Assembly: GCA_963831755.1 (NCBI GenBank)
Contig: CAWHRC010000022.1
Span: 64,937-128,936 of the forward strand
DNA length: 64,000 nucleotides
Direction: 5' to 3'
DNA from: an uncultured Acidobacteriota bacterium
Lineage (GTDB): Bacteria > Acidobacteriota > Vicinamibacteria > Fen-336
The notes under the pieces were generated by a model. The model had not been told where the DNA came from. It was given only the letters and a program-made list of their open reading frames with translations, and ran no database searches. Within the stretch, counting starts at the first letter, position 1, and each line of letters opens with the position of its first letter. The position numbers and the translations under genes are program-made. This document shows, piece after piece, positions 29,903 to 41,115 of this stretch.

Positions 29903-30885
29903 TCAGGCCGCGGCGATAGCCTGCAGACGCTCCTCCACCAGGCCGCGCAGCAGCGGCACCTTGTAGCCGTTTCCGGCGAGCGGCTCGGCGCCCTTCGCCG
30001 CCGCCGCGGCCGCGCGGGCGATGGTGCCGGCGCTCAGCCGCTGCCCGTCGAGCGCCGCCTCGGCCGCCTTCGCGCGCCAGGGCACGGCCGCGACGCCGGA
30101 AAGCACCACGCGCGCCTCGCGCACCACGGCGCTCTCCAGACGCAGCGCGAGCGCCACGCCCACCAGGGCGAAGTCCCAGGCGGCGCGCGGCGCGCACCTT
30201 GCGGTACGTGCTGCGTAGATCCGGCGCGGCCGGGGGCAGCAGCACCTCGGCCAGCAGCTCGCCGGGCTCGAAGGACGGTCTCGCGTCGCACGTCGACGCT
30301 CGGCAGGACGTAGAAGCTCTCGAGCGGGACGCTGCGCGTGCCGGCCGGGCCGGCGATCCGCAGCGTGGCGCCGAGCGCCGCGAGCGCCGGCGCCGTGTCC
30401 GAGGGGTGGACGTAGAAGCAGCCCTCGCCGCCGAACAGGCAGTGGTAGCGGTTGTCGCCGGCCGCGGCGAAGCAGACGTCGCCTCCCTTGCGCAGGCAGT
30501 GGAAGTCGCCGCGGTAGTACCAGCAGCGCGGCTTCTGGCAGAGGTTGCCGCCCAGGGTGCCCTGGTTGCGGAGCTGAGGGCTGGCGACCGAGGCCGCGGC
30601 CTCGGCGAGCGCGCGGTAGCCGCGTGCGCACGACCTCGTGGCCGGCCACCTCGGCGAGGGTGGCGAGGGCGCCGATGCGCAGGCCGCCCTCGGCCGTGGC
30701 GCTCGATGCCGCGCAGGGCCGGCGATGCCGCTGAGGCTCACGAGCGTGGGCGTCGCGAGGACGCCGTCGCGCAGGCAGCCCAGGAGGTCGGTGCCGCCCG
30801 CGTGGGCGCGGCCCTGGCCGTCGGCCAGGGCCTTGACGGCCTCGGCGAGTGTCGTCGGCCGCGTGTAGGCGAAGCTCGGCAGCAT
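29903..30885 (-). pseudogene. Xanthine dehydrogenase-family FAD-binding subunit (CoxM/PaoB-like), at least 3 frame switches
   Basis: MLPSFAYTRPTTLAEAVKAL...GGTDLL, then SPQLRNQGTLGGNLCQ and a C-terminus ...PLLRGLVEERLQAIAAA, found across three frames. Coordinates are outer bounds. Confidence 0.7.
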
Positions 30886-30887
30886 GG

Positions 30888-33144
30888 CTACCTCCTCGCT
30901 CCGAGAGCCTGCGGGCCATCTGGACCGGGTTGATCGAGGGCTCGGTGACGCGGACCCCCGTGGCGTCGTAGACGGCGTTGGCGATCGCGGCCGCGGTCGG
31001 GATCGTGGCGGGCTCGCCCATGCCCTTGGCGCCCGATCGTGTTGCACTCCGTGTCGTGGCGGGTCGATCGGGAGGCACGACGGGCTTCGCCGGCACGTCG
31101 AGGGCGGTGGGCAGCTTGTAGTCGTGCCAGTTGGCGTTGACCATGCGGCCGGTGTTCGCGGTCGAGCACCCGCTCCTCGGTCATGGCGAAGCCGATGCCC
31201 ATCGTCATCCCGCCGAAGACCTGGTTCTCGTAGCGTGAGCGGGCTCATCACGCGCCCGCTGTCGTGGGCGCCCAGCAGGCGCAGCACGCGGACCTCGCCG
31301 GTGCGGGTGTCCACCTCCACCTCGGCGAAGTGCGCGACGAAGGGCAGGCCGATCTTGCCCGTCGGGGTGCGGGTGCCGGTGGCCGACGCCGACGACCACC
31401 TGCTGGCGCTGCAGGCGCCTCGAGCTCCTTCAGCGGGAGCTTCTTCTCGGGCGGCCCGGCGGCCACGATCTCGCCTCCCTGCAGGGAGAGCGACGCGGCC
31501 GGGACCTTGAGCTGCTCCGCGGCCATCTCCAGCAGCTGGCGCTTCACCTCGAGCGCGGCCGCCCGCACGGCGGGCGTGTTCACGTGCACGGTCTGGCTGC
31601 CGCCGGAGACGACGCGCGTACGGCGTCGTGCCGGTGTCCGCGTGCTCGATCTGGATGCGCTCGAGCGCGACCCCCAGCTCCTCCGCCACCACCATGGCCA
31701 TGACGGTCTTGGTGCCGGTGCCGAGGTCGCTCGCGCCCATGCACAGGTTGACGCGAGCCGTCGGCGGACAGGCTTGACGATCACCGTCGAGCGCGGCTCG
31801 CCGTCCCAGCCCCACATCCCCGCGGCCACGCCCACGCCGCGCACGACCGGTCCGCGGCTCCGCGGCCGGGCGCGGGCCGCCTTCCAGCCGAAGGCCTCGG
31901 CGCCCTCCTTCAGGCAGCGCGCGAGGCCGGTGGAGGTGTAGGGCATGTTGTTGCGGCGCTGGCTGACCGTCGGGACGTTCTTGAGCCGCAGCTCGACCGG
32001 GTCCATCCCCAGCTTCGCGGCCAGCTCGTCCATCATCTGCTCGAGCGCCCACGCGCCCTGCGGGAAGCCCGGGGCCCGGAAGGCCCGTGCCTTGCCGGCG
32101 TTGATGAAGACGTCCGTCTCCTCGGTGCGCACGTTCGGGCAGAGGTACAGGTCGCTCACCAGGTAGCCCGCGCCCGAGCCGTCCGGGTAGGCCCCGCTCG
32201 TGCCCAGGCCGGTGAGCTCGAGGGCGGTGAGCGTCCCGTCCTTCTTCGCGCCCGCCTTGAGGGTGAGGCGTGTTGGGCGGGCGGTTGCCGACGCACAGGA
32301 AGCTCTCCTCGCGCGAGAGGAAGCACTTGACCGGCCGGCCCGTCTTCCGCGCGAGAAGCGCGGCGATCACCGTGTACTTTCCAGGCTCGATCTTGCTGCC
32401 GAAGCCGCCGCCCATGTAGCGGCTGATGACGCGCACGCTCGTGAGCGGCAGCTGGAACCACTGGGCGAGCGCCGCAGCGGATGTCGAAGACACCCTGGTT
32501 CGTGTCCCACACGGTGAGGCGGTCGCCGTCCCAGCTCGCCACCGAGCCGTGCGTCTCCAGCGGGGTGTGGATCTCGCAGGGCGTCTTGAAGGTCCTCTCG
32601 ACCACGACGTGCGCTTCGGCGAACCCCGTTCGCCACGTCGCCGCGCTCGTACTCCTCGGGGTCGCCGCTGCGGTTGCCGCCCTCGTGCACGGCGGGCGCG
32701 CCCGGCTTCAGCGCTTCCGCGTAGTCCACCACGAAGGGCAGCTCCTCGTACTCGACCGCCACGGCGCGCACCGCGTCGCGCGCCTGCTGCGGCGTGTCCG
32801 CGGCCACCGCGGCCACCTCCTCGCCCTCGTAGCGGCAGTGCGGGTCGAAGAGCAGGCTCGGTGGGGCCCTTCGCGCCGAAGTACCAGGGCAGCTTCGCGC
32901 CGGGGCTCTCGCCCGTCAGGACGGCACGCACACCGGGCATGCGCTCGGCCTTCGAGGTGTCCACGCTCACGACGCGCGCGTGGGCGTGTGGGCAGCGCAC
33001 GATCGCCGCGTGCAGCATGTCGGGCAGCGCGAGGTCCGCGGCGTAGACGGCGCTCCCGCTCACGCGCTCGTAGGCGTCGACGCGCGGCCGCGGCTTGCCG
33101 ACCACCGTCGTCTCGCCCCAGGGTGCGGGCCAGGTCTCGGTCAT
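30888..33144 (-). pseudogene. Xanthine dehydrogenase-family molybdopterin-binding subunit, many frame switches
   Basis: Fragments MTETWPAPWGETTVVGKPRPRVDAYERVSG, AVEYEELPFVVDY, FKTPCEIHTPLETHGSVASWDGDRLTVWDTNQG, FRAPGFPQGAWALEQMMDELA and AKGMGEPATIPTAAAIANAVYDATG are scattered over all three minus frames. Confidence 0.75.
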
Positions 33145-33147
33145 GGC

Positions 33148-33741
33148 TCACCTCCCCCCGCCGCGCTTGAGCTCGGCGGCGCGAGCGGCGGCCTCGAAGA
33201 TGTGGGCGTAGGCACCGCAGCGGCAGAGGTTCCCGCTGACGCCCTCGCGGATCTCGTCCAGCGTCGGGTCCGGGCGCCGGCGGAGGAGTCCCTCCACCGC
33301 CATCACCTGGCCCGACGTGCAGAAGCCGCACTGGAAGCCGTCCTTCTCGACGAAGGCTTGCTGGACCGGCCCGAGCGCCTCGCCGTCGAGCAGACCCTCC
33401 ACGGTCGTGATCTCGGTCCCCTCGGCCTCCAGGGCCAGCGTCTGGCAGGAGTAGCGGGGCTCGCCGTTCAAAAGCACGGTGCACGCGCCGCACTCGCCGC
33501 GCTCGCAGCCCGGCTTGGTGCCCGTCAGCCCGAGCGGACCCCTCAGCACCTGGAGCAGCGTGGTGCGCGGCTCCACGGACACGCGCCGCGCGACGCCGTT
33601 GACCGTGAGCGCGACCGTCACCGCCTCGTCGGCGCCCACGACCGCCGCCGCCGCAGCCTCCGTCGGCGGCGCAGCGAGCGCGGCCGTGCCCACGACGCCC
33701 GCCCCCATCGACGTGATGAAGCCGCGTCTGCTGACACCCAT
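33148..33741 (-). CDS. (2Fe-2S)-binding small subunit with a TAT signal
   Basis: Twin-arginine SRRGFI at the N-terminus. Cys clusters CERGECGACTV and CGFCTSG...CRCG. The ORF is intact. Confidence 0.9.
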   Translation of the reverse strand: MGVSRRGFITSMGAGVVGTAALAAPPTEAAAAAVVGADEAVTVALTVNGVARRVSVEPRTTLLQVLRGPLGLTGTKPGCERGECGACTVLLNGEPRYSCQTLALEAEGTEITTVEGLLDGEALGPVQQAFVEKDGFQCGFCTSGQVMAVEGLLRRRPDPTLDEIREGVSGNLCRCGAYAHIFEAAARAAELKRGGGR

Positions 33742-33968
33742 GCCTGCCTCCTGGGAGAGCCTCGTCCCCGGGGCGAGCGGGCGAGGCGAGAGACCATGCT
33801 CCCGCGCTGCGGCAAGGGCAGGAATGGATCAGATGATCCGGAGCGGAGCGACCCGCGGCCTGACGGGCGTCCCGGCACGGGCGCTCCTGGCTGGGCCACA
33901 GCAAGCGCGTCGAGACGAGGGACCGTAAGCCGTTCTAATCCAGCGTCTGGCAGCTGCTACACGCAAAT

Positions 33969-33993
33969 GACTTGACAAATACGCACTCAAGTC
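33969..33993. promoter_or_regulatory. HAIR-like operator (HspR-associated inverted repeat) overlapping a TTGACA -35 box
   Basis: GACTTGA-N11-TCAAGTC is a perfect 7-bp inverted repeat. Read as CTTGACA-N7-ACTCAAG, it compares with the HAIR consensus CTTGAGT-N7-ACTCAAG. It lies about 50 nt upstream of dnaK, and hspR is in the same cluster. Confidence 0.6.
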
Positions 33994-34043
33994 ATGACGA
34001 TAGAGTCCAGTGGTGCCGTCAGGCGACGGCCAGGAGACTGCGC

Positions 34044-35948
<1,905 letters not shown>

Positions 35949-35973
35949 GCGGGGGGAGCGGGGTAGCCAGGTC

Positions 35974-37083
35974 ATGGAAGCGTACGAGGCGCTCGGGGTC
36001 AGGCGCGGTGCCAGCGCCGCCGAGGTCCGGCGGGCGTGGCAGAGGCTCTCGCGCGCCCTGCACCCGGCGCTCAACCCCGGCGATCCGGCGGCCGCCGAGC
36101 GCTACCGCGAGGCTGCGGCCGCCTTCGAGGTGCTGTCTGACCCGCAGCGGCGGGCCGCGTACGACCGCGGCGAGCGGCCGGCCGCCGCCAAGGTGGCGCC
36201 GCCGGCGGACGGCGGCTTCGAGGGCTTCGACTTCTCGGCGCAGGTGCGCGTCGAGAGCGTCGGCTTCCGCGAGATCTTCGACGAGGCGCTGCGCGCGCCC
36301 GCCCCCGAGCAGGGGCCGAAGGGCGAGGACCTCGAGCAGTCGACGCGCCTCAGTTTCGAGGAGTCGATGACCGGCGCCACGCGGCGCGTGCACCTGGTGC
36401 GCTTCGAGGCCTGCCACGGCTGCTCCGGCCGCGGCGACGTGGCGTTCGGGCCGGTGCGCTGCCAGCGCTGCCAGGGCGCGGGCATCGTGCGCGGCAGCCG
36501 CGGCCACATGATCTTCTCGCGCCGCTGCGGCGAGTGCGAGGGCACGGGCGAGATCCGCCGCATCGCCTGCCCGAGCTGCGGCGGCGAGGGCCGCACGATC
36601 TCGAGCGAGTGGCTCGACGTCCAGATCCCGGCCGGTGTCGACGACGGCAGCCAGGTGCGGCTGCCCGGCGCGGGCAACGCCGGGCGCCGCGGCGGGCCGC
36701 CGGGCGACTTCGTGCTCAAGGTCGAGCTCGAGCCCCACCCCGCCTTCCGGCGCGACGGCGAGGACCTGCACTGCACGGTCGCGGTCGGGCTGATCGAGGC
36801 GGCCATGGGCGGGCACGTCGAGGTCGCGACGCCCGAAGGGCCGGTGACGATCGAGGTGCCGGCAGGCACCCAGCACGGTCAGCGCTTCCGGCTGCGCAAG
36901 CGCGGCGTGCCGCGCCTGGGGGCGGAGGGTCGGGGCGACCTGTGGGTGGAGACGCGGATCGTGGTGCCGCTCGTCACCAACGAGCGCGGGCGCGCACTGC
37001 TGCGCGAGCTCGGCGAGCTGCTGCAGAGGACGGGCAGCGAAGACGAGCACGCGGCGGCGGGCGGCGGCGCCCGGAGGAGCTGA
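35974..37083 (+). CDS. dnaJ: DnaJ-type co-chaperone whose J-domain tripeptide reads HPA instead of HPD
   Basis: J-domain, four CxxCxGxG zinc motifs (CHGCSGRG, CQRCQGAG, CGECEGTG, CPSCGGEG) and a C-terminal client-binding domain. The HPA codons are at 36061-36069. Confidence 0.85.
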   Translation: MEAYEALGVRRGASAAEVRRAWQRLSRALHPALNPGDPAAAERYREAAAAFEVLSDPQRRAAYDRGERPAAAKVAPPADGGFEGFDFSAQVRVESVGFREIFDEALRAPAPEQGPKGEDLEQSTRLSFEESMTGATRRVHLVRFEACHGCSGRGDVAFGPVRCQRCQGAGIVRGSRGHMIFSRRCGECEGTGEIRRIACPSCGGEGRTISSEWLDVQIPAGVDDGSQVRLPGAGNAGRRGGPPGDFVLKVELEPHPAFRRDGEDLHCTVAVGLIEAAMGGHVEVATPEGPVTIEVPAGTQHGQRFRLRKRGVPRLGAEGRGDLWVETRIVVPLVTNERGRALLRELGELLQRTGSEDEHAAAGGGARRS

Positions 37084-37084
37084 C

Positions 37085-37621
37085 ATGCCACGCGGACGGC
37101 GCACCTCGACGGAGCCCACCACCGGGCCGGGCGCGGCCGGCGGGCGCTACTACATGATCAGCGTGGTCGCGAAGGTCTACGGGATCCACCCGCAGACGCT
37201 GCGCCTCTACGAGCGCGAGGGGCTGCTCAAGCCCTCGCGCACCGAAGGCAACACCCGGCTCTACTCCGAGGAGGACCTGCGCCAGCTCGAGGTGATCCTG
37301 AACCTGACGCGCGACCTCGGCGTGAACCTCGCCGGTGTCGAGATCGTGCTCAACATGCGGCGGCGCATGGAGCAGATGCAGGCGGAGGTCAACGACTTCG
37401 TGGCGTGGGTGCGCCAGGAGCTGGCGCGCGCGGCCCAGGACGGCTGGCAGGAACGGCTGCAGCAGGCGCTGGTGAAGCTGCCCCCGACGCCGCTCGTACG
37501 CGCCGCGGCGACACCCCCTCCCGCTCCCGGCGCGCCCTCGGCCCCGCCGAAGTCCGGCGCCGAGGAAAGGCGCGAGCCGGCGCCGGCCGCAAGCGCCTCG
37601 GGCGGCCAGCGGGGCGACTAG
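37085..37621 (+). CDS. hspR: MerR-family heat-shock repressor HspR
   Basis: MerR HTH (YMISVVAKVYGIHPQTLRLYEREGLLKPSRTEGNTRLYSEEDL). Sits immediately after dnaJ (TGAcATG). Confidence 0.85.
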   Translation: MPRGRRTSTEPTTGPGAAGGRYYMISVVAKVYGIHPQTLRLYEREGLLKPSRTEGNTRLYSEEDLRQLEVILNLTRDLGVNLAGVEIVLNMRRRMEQMQAEVNDFVAWVRQELARAAQDGWQERLQQALVKLPPTPLVRAAATPPPAPGAPSAPPKSGAEERREPAPAASASGGQRGD

Positions 37622-37635
37622 CTCAGCTGGCGGAC

Positions 37636-37641
37636 TATAAT
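37636..37641 (+). promoter_or_regulatory. Perfect TATAAT hexamer 27 nt upstream of the sigma-factor start (possible internal promoter)
   Basis: TATAAT seen directly. There is no good -35 (GGCGAC at 17-nt spacing). Confidence 0.25.
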
Positions 37642-37667
37642 CGTCTCTCTCCACCTGCCGAGGGACG

Positions 37668-38564
37668 ATGGCCAGCAAGACAACCCGCAAGCCGAAGGCG
37701 GCTGCGGGGGCCGACCGCGAGGACCACGGCCAGCGGGCCTCCGTCGACACGCTGAACGTCTACATCCGCGAGATCGCCAAGTTCAAGCCGCTGACGCCGG
37801 ACGACGAGAAGGAGCTCGGGCGCCGGATCCAGGAGGGCGACCAGGAGGCGCTCAAGCGCCTGGTCGAGTCGAACCTGCGCTTCGTCGTCCACTACGCGAA
37901 GCGCTATCGCGGGCTCGGCCTCTCCTACATGGACCTGATCCACGAGGGCAGCCTCGGCCTGATGGAGGCGGCCAAGCGCTTCGACCCGGAACGCAACGTC
38001 AAGTTCATCTCCTACGCGGTGTGGTGGGTGCGGCAGGCGATCTTCCACGCCCTCTCCGAGCACACGCGCGTCTTCCGGCTGCCCCAGAAGCTCTCGGGCC
38101 AGGTGTCGCGGCTGACGAACGCGCGCGAGAAGCTGAAGGCCGAGCTGGAGCGGGTGCCGACCACCGAGGAGCTGGCCGAGCGCACCGCTCTCTCGCCGGA
38201 GGAGGTGCAGCAGCTGCTGCTCGCAGCGGGCGACGACGTCTCGCTCTCCGCGGCCGTCGGCGAGGAGGGCAACCTCGAGCTGGGCGACACGCTCGAGCAG
38301 GAGACGGTCCCCTCGGCCGAGCTGGAGATGATCCGCAGCTCGTTCGAGCGGCGCATCAAGTCGATGGTGGAGGAGCTCGACGAGAAGGAGCGCGAGGTGA
38401 TCCGGATGCGCTTCGGGCTCGACGGCGAGGAGCCGAAGACGCTGCAGGAGATCGGCGAGGCCATGGGCCTCAGCCGCGAGCGGATCCGGCAGATCGAGAG
38501 CCGTGCCAAGGAGAAGCTGCGCCGCAGCCGGGAAGCCCAGGGGCTGCGGGGCTACTTGAACTAG
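37668..38564 (+). CDS. Sigma-70-family RNA polymerase sigma factor (alternative, lacks region 1.1)
   Basis: Regions 2-4 are present (DLIHEGSLGLMEAAKRFDPERNVKFISYAVWWVRQAI; TLQEIGEAMGLSRERIRQIESRA). 298 aa. Confidence 0.9.
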   Translation: MASKTTRKPKAAAGADREDHGQRASVDTLNVYIREIAKFKPLTPDDEKELGRRIQEGDQEALKRLVESNLRFVVHYAKRYRGLGLSYMDLIHEGSLGLMEAAKRFDPERNVKFISYAVWWVRQAIFHALSEHTRVFRLPQKLSGQVSRLTNAREKLKAELERVPTTEELAERTALSPEEVQQLLLAAGDDVSLSAAVGEEGNLELGDTLEQETVPSAELEMIRSSFERRIKSMVEELDEKEREVIRMRFGLDGEEPKTLQEIGEAMGLSRERIRQIESRAKEKLRRSREAQGLRGYLN

Positions 38565-38585
38565 GATGGACGGTCCCCGGCCGGC

Positions 38586-39374
38586 GTGCCGGGATGCCAT
38601 GATCGGGTGGTGAGCGTGGCCTGCGAGCGGTGCTCGGGCACCGGATTCGAGATCGTGACGCGCGACGGGCGGGAGTTCGCGCTGGCCTGCGCCTGCCGGC
38701 GGACGTCCTCGGCGCCCGGGGACCCGCTGCGCGGCAGCCGCATCCCGCCGCGCTACGAGCACTGCACGCTCGAGACGTTCGAGCCGGGCAGCACCTCGCT
38801 CTCGGCGGCGCTCGAGAAGGCGATGGCCTTCTGCGCCGGCTACCCGCACCTCGGAGACGACGAGGGGCTGGGGCTGCTCTTCTGCGGGGACAACGGCGTC
38901 GGCAAGACGCACCTGGCCGTGGCCGTGCTGCGCGAGCTGGTCGCGCGCAAGGGCGTGCGCGGGCAGTTCTGGGACTTCCACGAGCTGATCCGCGAGATCA
39001 AGTCGTCCTACGACCCGGAGACGAAGACCACCGAGCTGCAGGTGCTGGAGCCCGTGGTCGAGATGGACGTGCTGCTGCTCGACGACCTCGGCGCCTGGAA
39101 GATGACCGACTGGATGAACGACACGCTGTTCTACATCCTGAACGGCCGCTACCTGGCCAAGCGCTGCACGATCATCACCACGAACTTCCAGGACGTGACG
39201 CGCGAGCAGGCGCTGGCGGCCGACGCGCTGCGGCGGCGCGAGTTCCTGGTCGAGCGCATCGGCCAGCGCCTGCGCTCGCGGCTGATGGAGATGTGCACGG
39301 TCGTGCGCATCCAGGGCAGCGACCATCGCCAGGCGCGCCAGCTGGGGAACCAGGTCGCCCTGCGCCGCTCGTAG
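38586..39374 (+). CDS. DnaC/IstB-like AAA+ ATPase with an N-terminal Cys-rich (zinc-ribbon-like) segment
   Basis: Walker A GDNGVGKTH and Walker B LLLDDLG. N-terminus CERCSGTG...CAC. The start is uncertain (GTG at 38586 or GTGs at 38607-38616). Confidence 0.7.
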   Translation: MPGCHDRVVSVACERCSGTGFEIVTRDGREFALACACRRTSSAPGDPLRGSRIPPRYEHCTLETFEPGSTSLSAALEKAMAFCAGYPHLGDDEGLGLLFCGDNGVGKTHLAVAVLRELVARKGVRGQFWDFHELIREIKSSYDPETKTTELQVLEPVVEMDVLLLDDLGAWKMTDWMNDTLFYILNGRYLAKRCTIITTNFQDVTREQALAADALRRREFLVERIGQRLRSRLMEMCTVVRIQGSDHRQARQLGNQVALRRS

Positions 39375-39381
39375 CGTCACG

Positions 39382-40582
39382 ATGCCGCCTGCCGCCCCAC
39401 GCTCCTCGCCGCGCCGGGCCCCGCCGGGGAGGCTGACGCGCCTGCGCCGGCTGTGGGCCGGGCTGCAGGCCGAGAACGTCCCGCGGCTCGTGCTCGCCTT
39501 CTTCCTGCTGGTCTTCGTCGGGGGGCCGGCCGTGTACCTGCTCGAGCGCGGGAGAAACGACCTCTTCAAGAACGTCGGCGACGGGCTGTGGTGGGCGATC
39601 GTCACCTTCACGACGATCGGCTACGGCGACAAGTACCCGGTCACGGGCGCGGGGCGCCTGCTCTCCGGCGTGCTGATGATGCTGGGCATCGGCCTGCTCG
39701 GGCTGGTGACGGGCAAGATCGCGGCCGCGCTCGTCGAGCGCAGGATGCGGGAGGGACGAGGCTTGGGTGAAGCGCGCGTATCAGGGCACCTCGTGGTCGT
39801 CGGCTGGAAGACGGACATGCTCGCGTTCGTCGAGGGGCTGTTCGAGCAGCCCGGGACGACGCCCGCGACGGTGGTGCTGGTCAACGACGCGGGCGAGGCC
39901 GCGAACGAGGAGCTGCGGCGCCTGTTCCCGGGCATCGGCTACGTGCACGGCGACCCGGTCGACCCGGCCGTGCTGCAGCGGGCGGGCGTGAGCGCCGCCC
40001 GCCGCGTGCTGGTGCTCGCCGACGAGGCGGTGGGCCGCTCCGACCACGAGCGCGACGCGCGGACCGTGATGACCGTGATGGAGGTGGAGAGCCTGGCGCC
40101 CGAGGTCTACACCTGCGCCGAGGTGCTCGACCGCTCGTTCGTCGAGCACCTGCGGCTCGCCCGCTGCGACGAGGTGGTGCTCTCGCGCGACCACGCCCGC
40201 GCCATGCTGCTGAGCGCCTCGGCCGCCACCGGCATGACGCCGCTGGTCGACGGCCTGCTCTCGCCGGACGGCGGGCTGACGACGGTTCCCATGCCCGGAG
40301 CGCTTCGTCGGGCGGCCGTTCGGCGAGCTGGCGGCGCACCTGCGCAGCGAAGGCGGGCGGCTCGCGATCGGGCTGATCGAGAACACCGGGCACACGCTGG
40401 CGATCAAGCGCGAGGCTCTGCGCGCCGCCCAGATGACCGAGGACGTGGGGCAGCTGCTCCACAACCTGCGCGCCGTGCGCGAGCTGGTGCCCAACCACCC
40501 GCTGCTCAACCCGCCCGAGAGCTACAGCGTCCCGCGCCACGCGCTGGCCGTGGTGATCGGCGCTGCGCAGGGCGAGCGGTGA
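39382..40582 (+). pseudogene. K+ channel with an RCK/TrkA-N domain, interrupted by one extra base at 40294-40298
   Basis: Selectivity filter TTIGYGD and Rossmann-like HLVVVGWK. After ...TTVPMP the sense continues in the +1 frame (ERFVGRPFGELAAHLRSEGGRLAIGLIENTGH...) to the TGA at 40580-40582. Confidence 0.8.
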
Positions 40583-41115
40583 GCGCCTCCGAGCGCCGCA
40601 GCGGGCTCGCCGCCTGCCCGCTGTTCGAGGGGCTCGAGGCCGAGGCTCTCGACCACCTGGCCGAGGTGTCCTCGCTGCGCAGCGTGCGCAGGGGCGAGAC
40701 GGTGATTCGCGAGGGCGAGCAGGGGGACTGCCTGTTCGTGATCGTCGAGGGCCGCGTGCGCACCGAGAAGCGCACGCCCGCGGGCGACTCCTGGACGGTG
40801 CGCTTCCACCCGAAGGGCGGTGTGTTCGGCGAGCTGTCGCTGCTCGACCGCGTGCTGCGCTCGGCCACCGTGGTGGCCGAGGCCGACTGCACCTTCGTCG
40901 TGATCGACCGCGAGCGCTTCCACGCCTTCGGCGACCGCCACCCTGGCGCCGGCCTGCTGGTGACCCGCCGGCTGGCGGAGCGGCTCGCGGCCCGCCTGCG
41001 CCGCGCGAACGAGGACGTCGTGACGCTGTTCTCGGCCCTCGTGCACGAGGTCGAGCGGAAGCTCAGCCGCGGATCCTGTCGCGCAGCCGGCGCAGCGTCT
41101 GCTCGACGTCGATGA
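40579..41115 (+). CDS. Cyclic-nucleotide-binding domain protein
   Basis: cNMP-binding motifs (GDCLFVIVEGRV, FGELSLLD...RSATVVA). The GTG start overlaps the channel stop (GTGA). The 3' end overlaps a convergent ORF and may be wrong. Confidence 0.75.
   Translation: MSASERRSGLAACPLFEGLEAEALDHLAEVSSLRSVRRGETVIREGEQGDCLFVIVEGRVRTEKRTPAGDSWTVRFHPKGGVFGELSLLDRVLRSATVVAEADCTFVVIDRERFHAFGDRHPGAGLLVTRRLAERLAARLRRANEDVVTLFSALVHEVERKLSRGSCRAAGAASARRR

Noticed and set aside
37619-37632. TAGCTCAGCTGG, a string typical of tRNA D-arms, suggesting a tRNA gene.
   Set aside because: No complementary D-stem (GAGC), anticodon arm, T-arm (GTTCGAATC-like) or acceptor stem could be assembled from the flanking sequence.
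38586-39374. An IstB-like ATPase, which could mark an IS21-family insertion sequence.
   Set aside because: There is no IstA transposase ORF adjacent, I could see no terminal inverted repeats, and the gene is tightly embedded in a co-directional host cluster. It is more likely a DnaC-like host ATPase.
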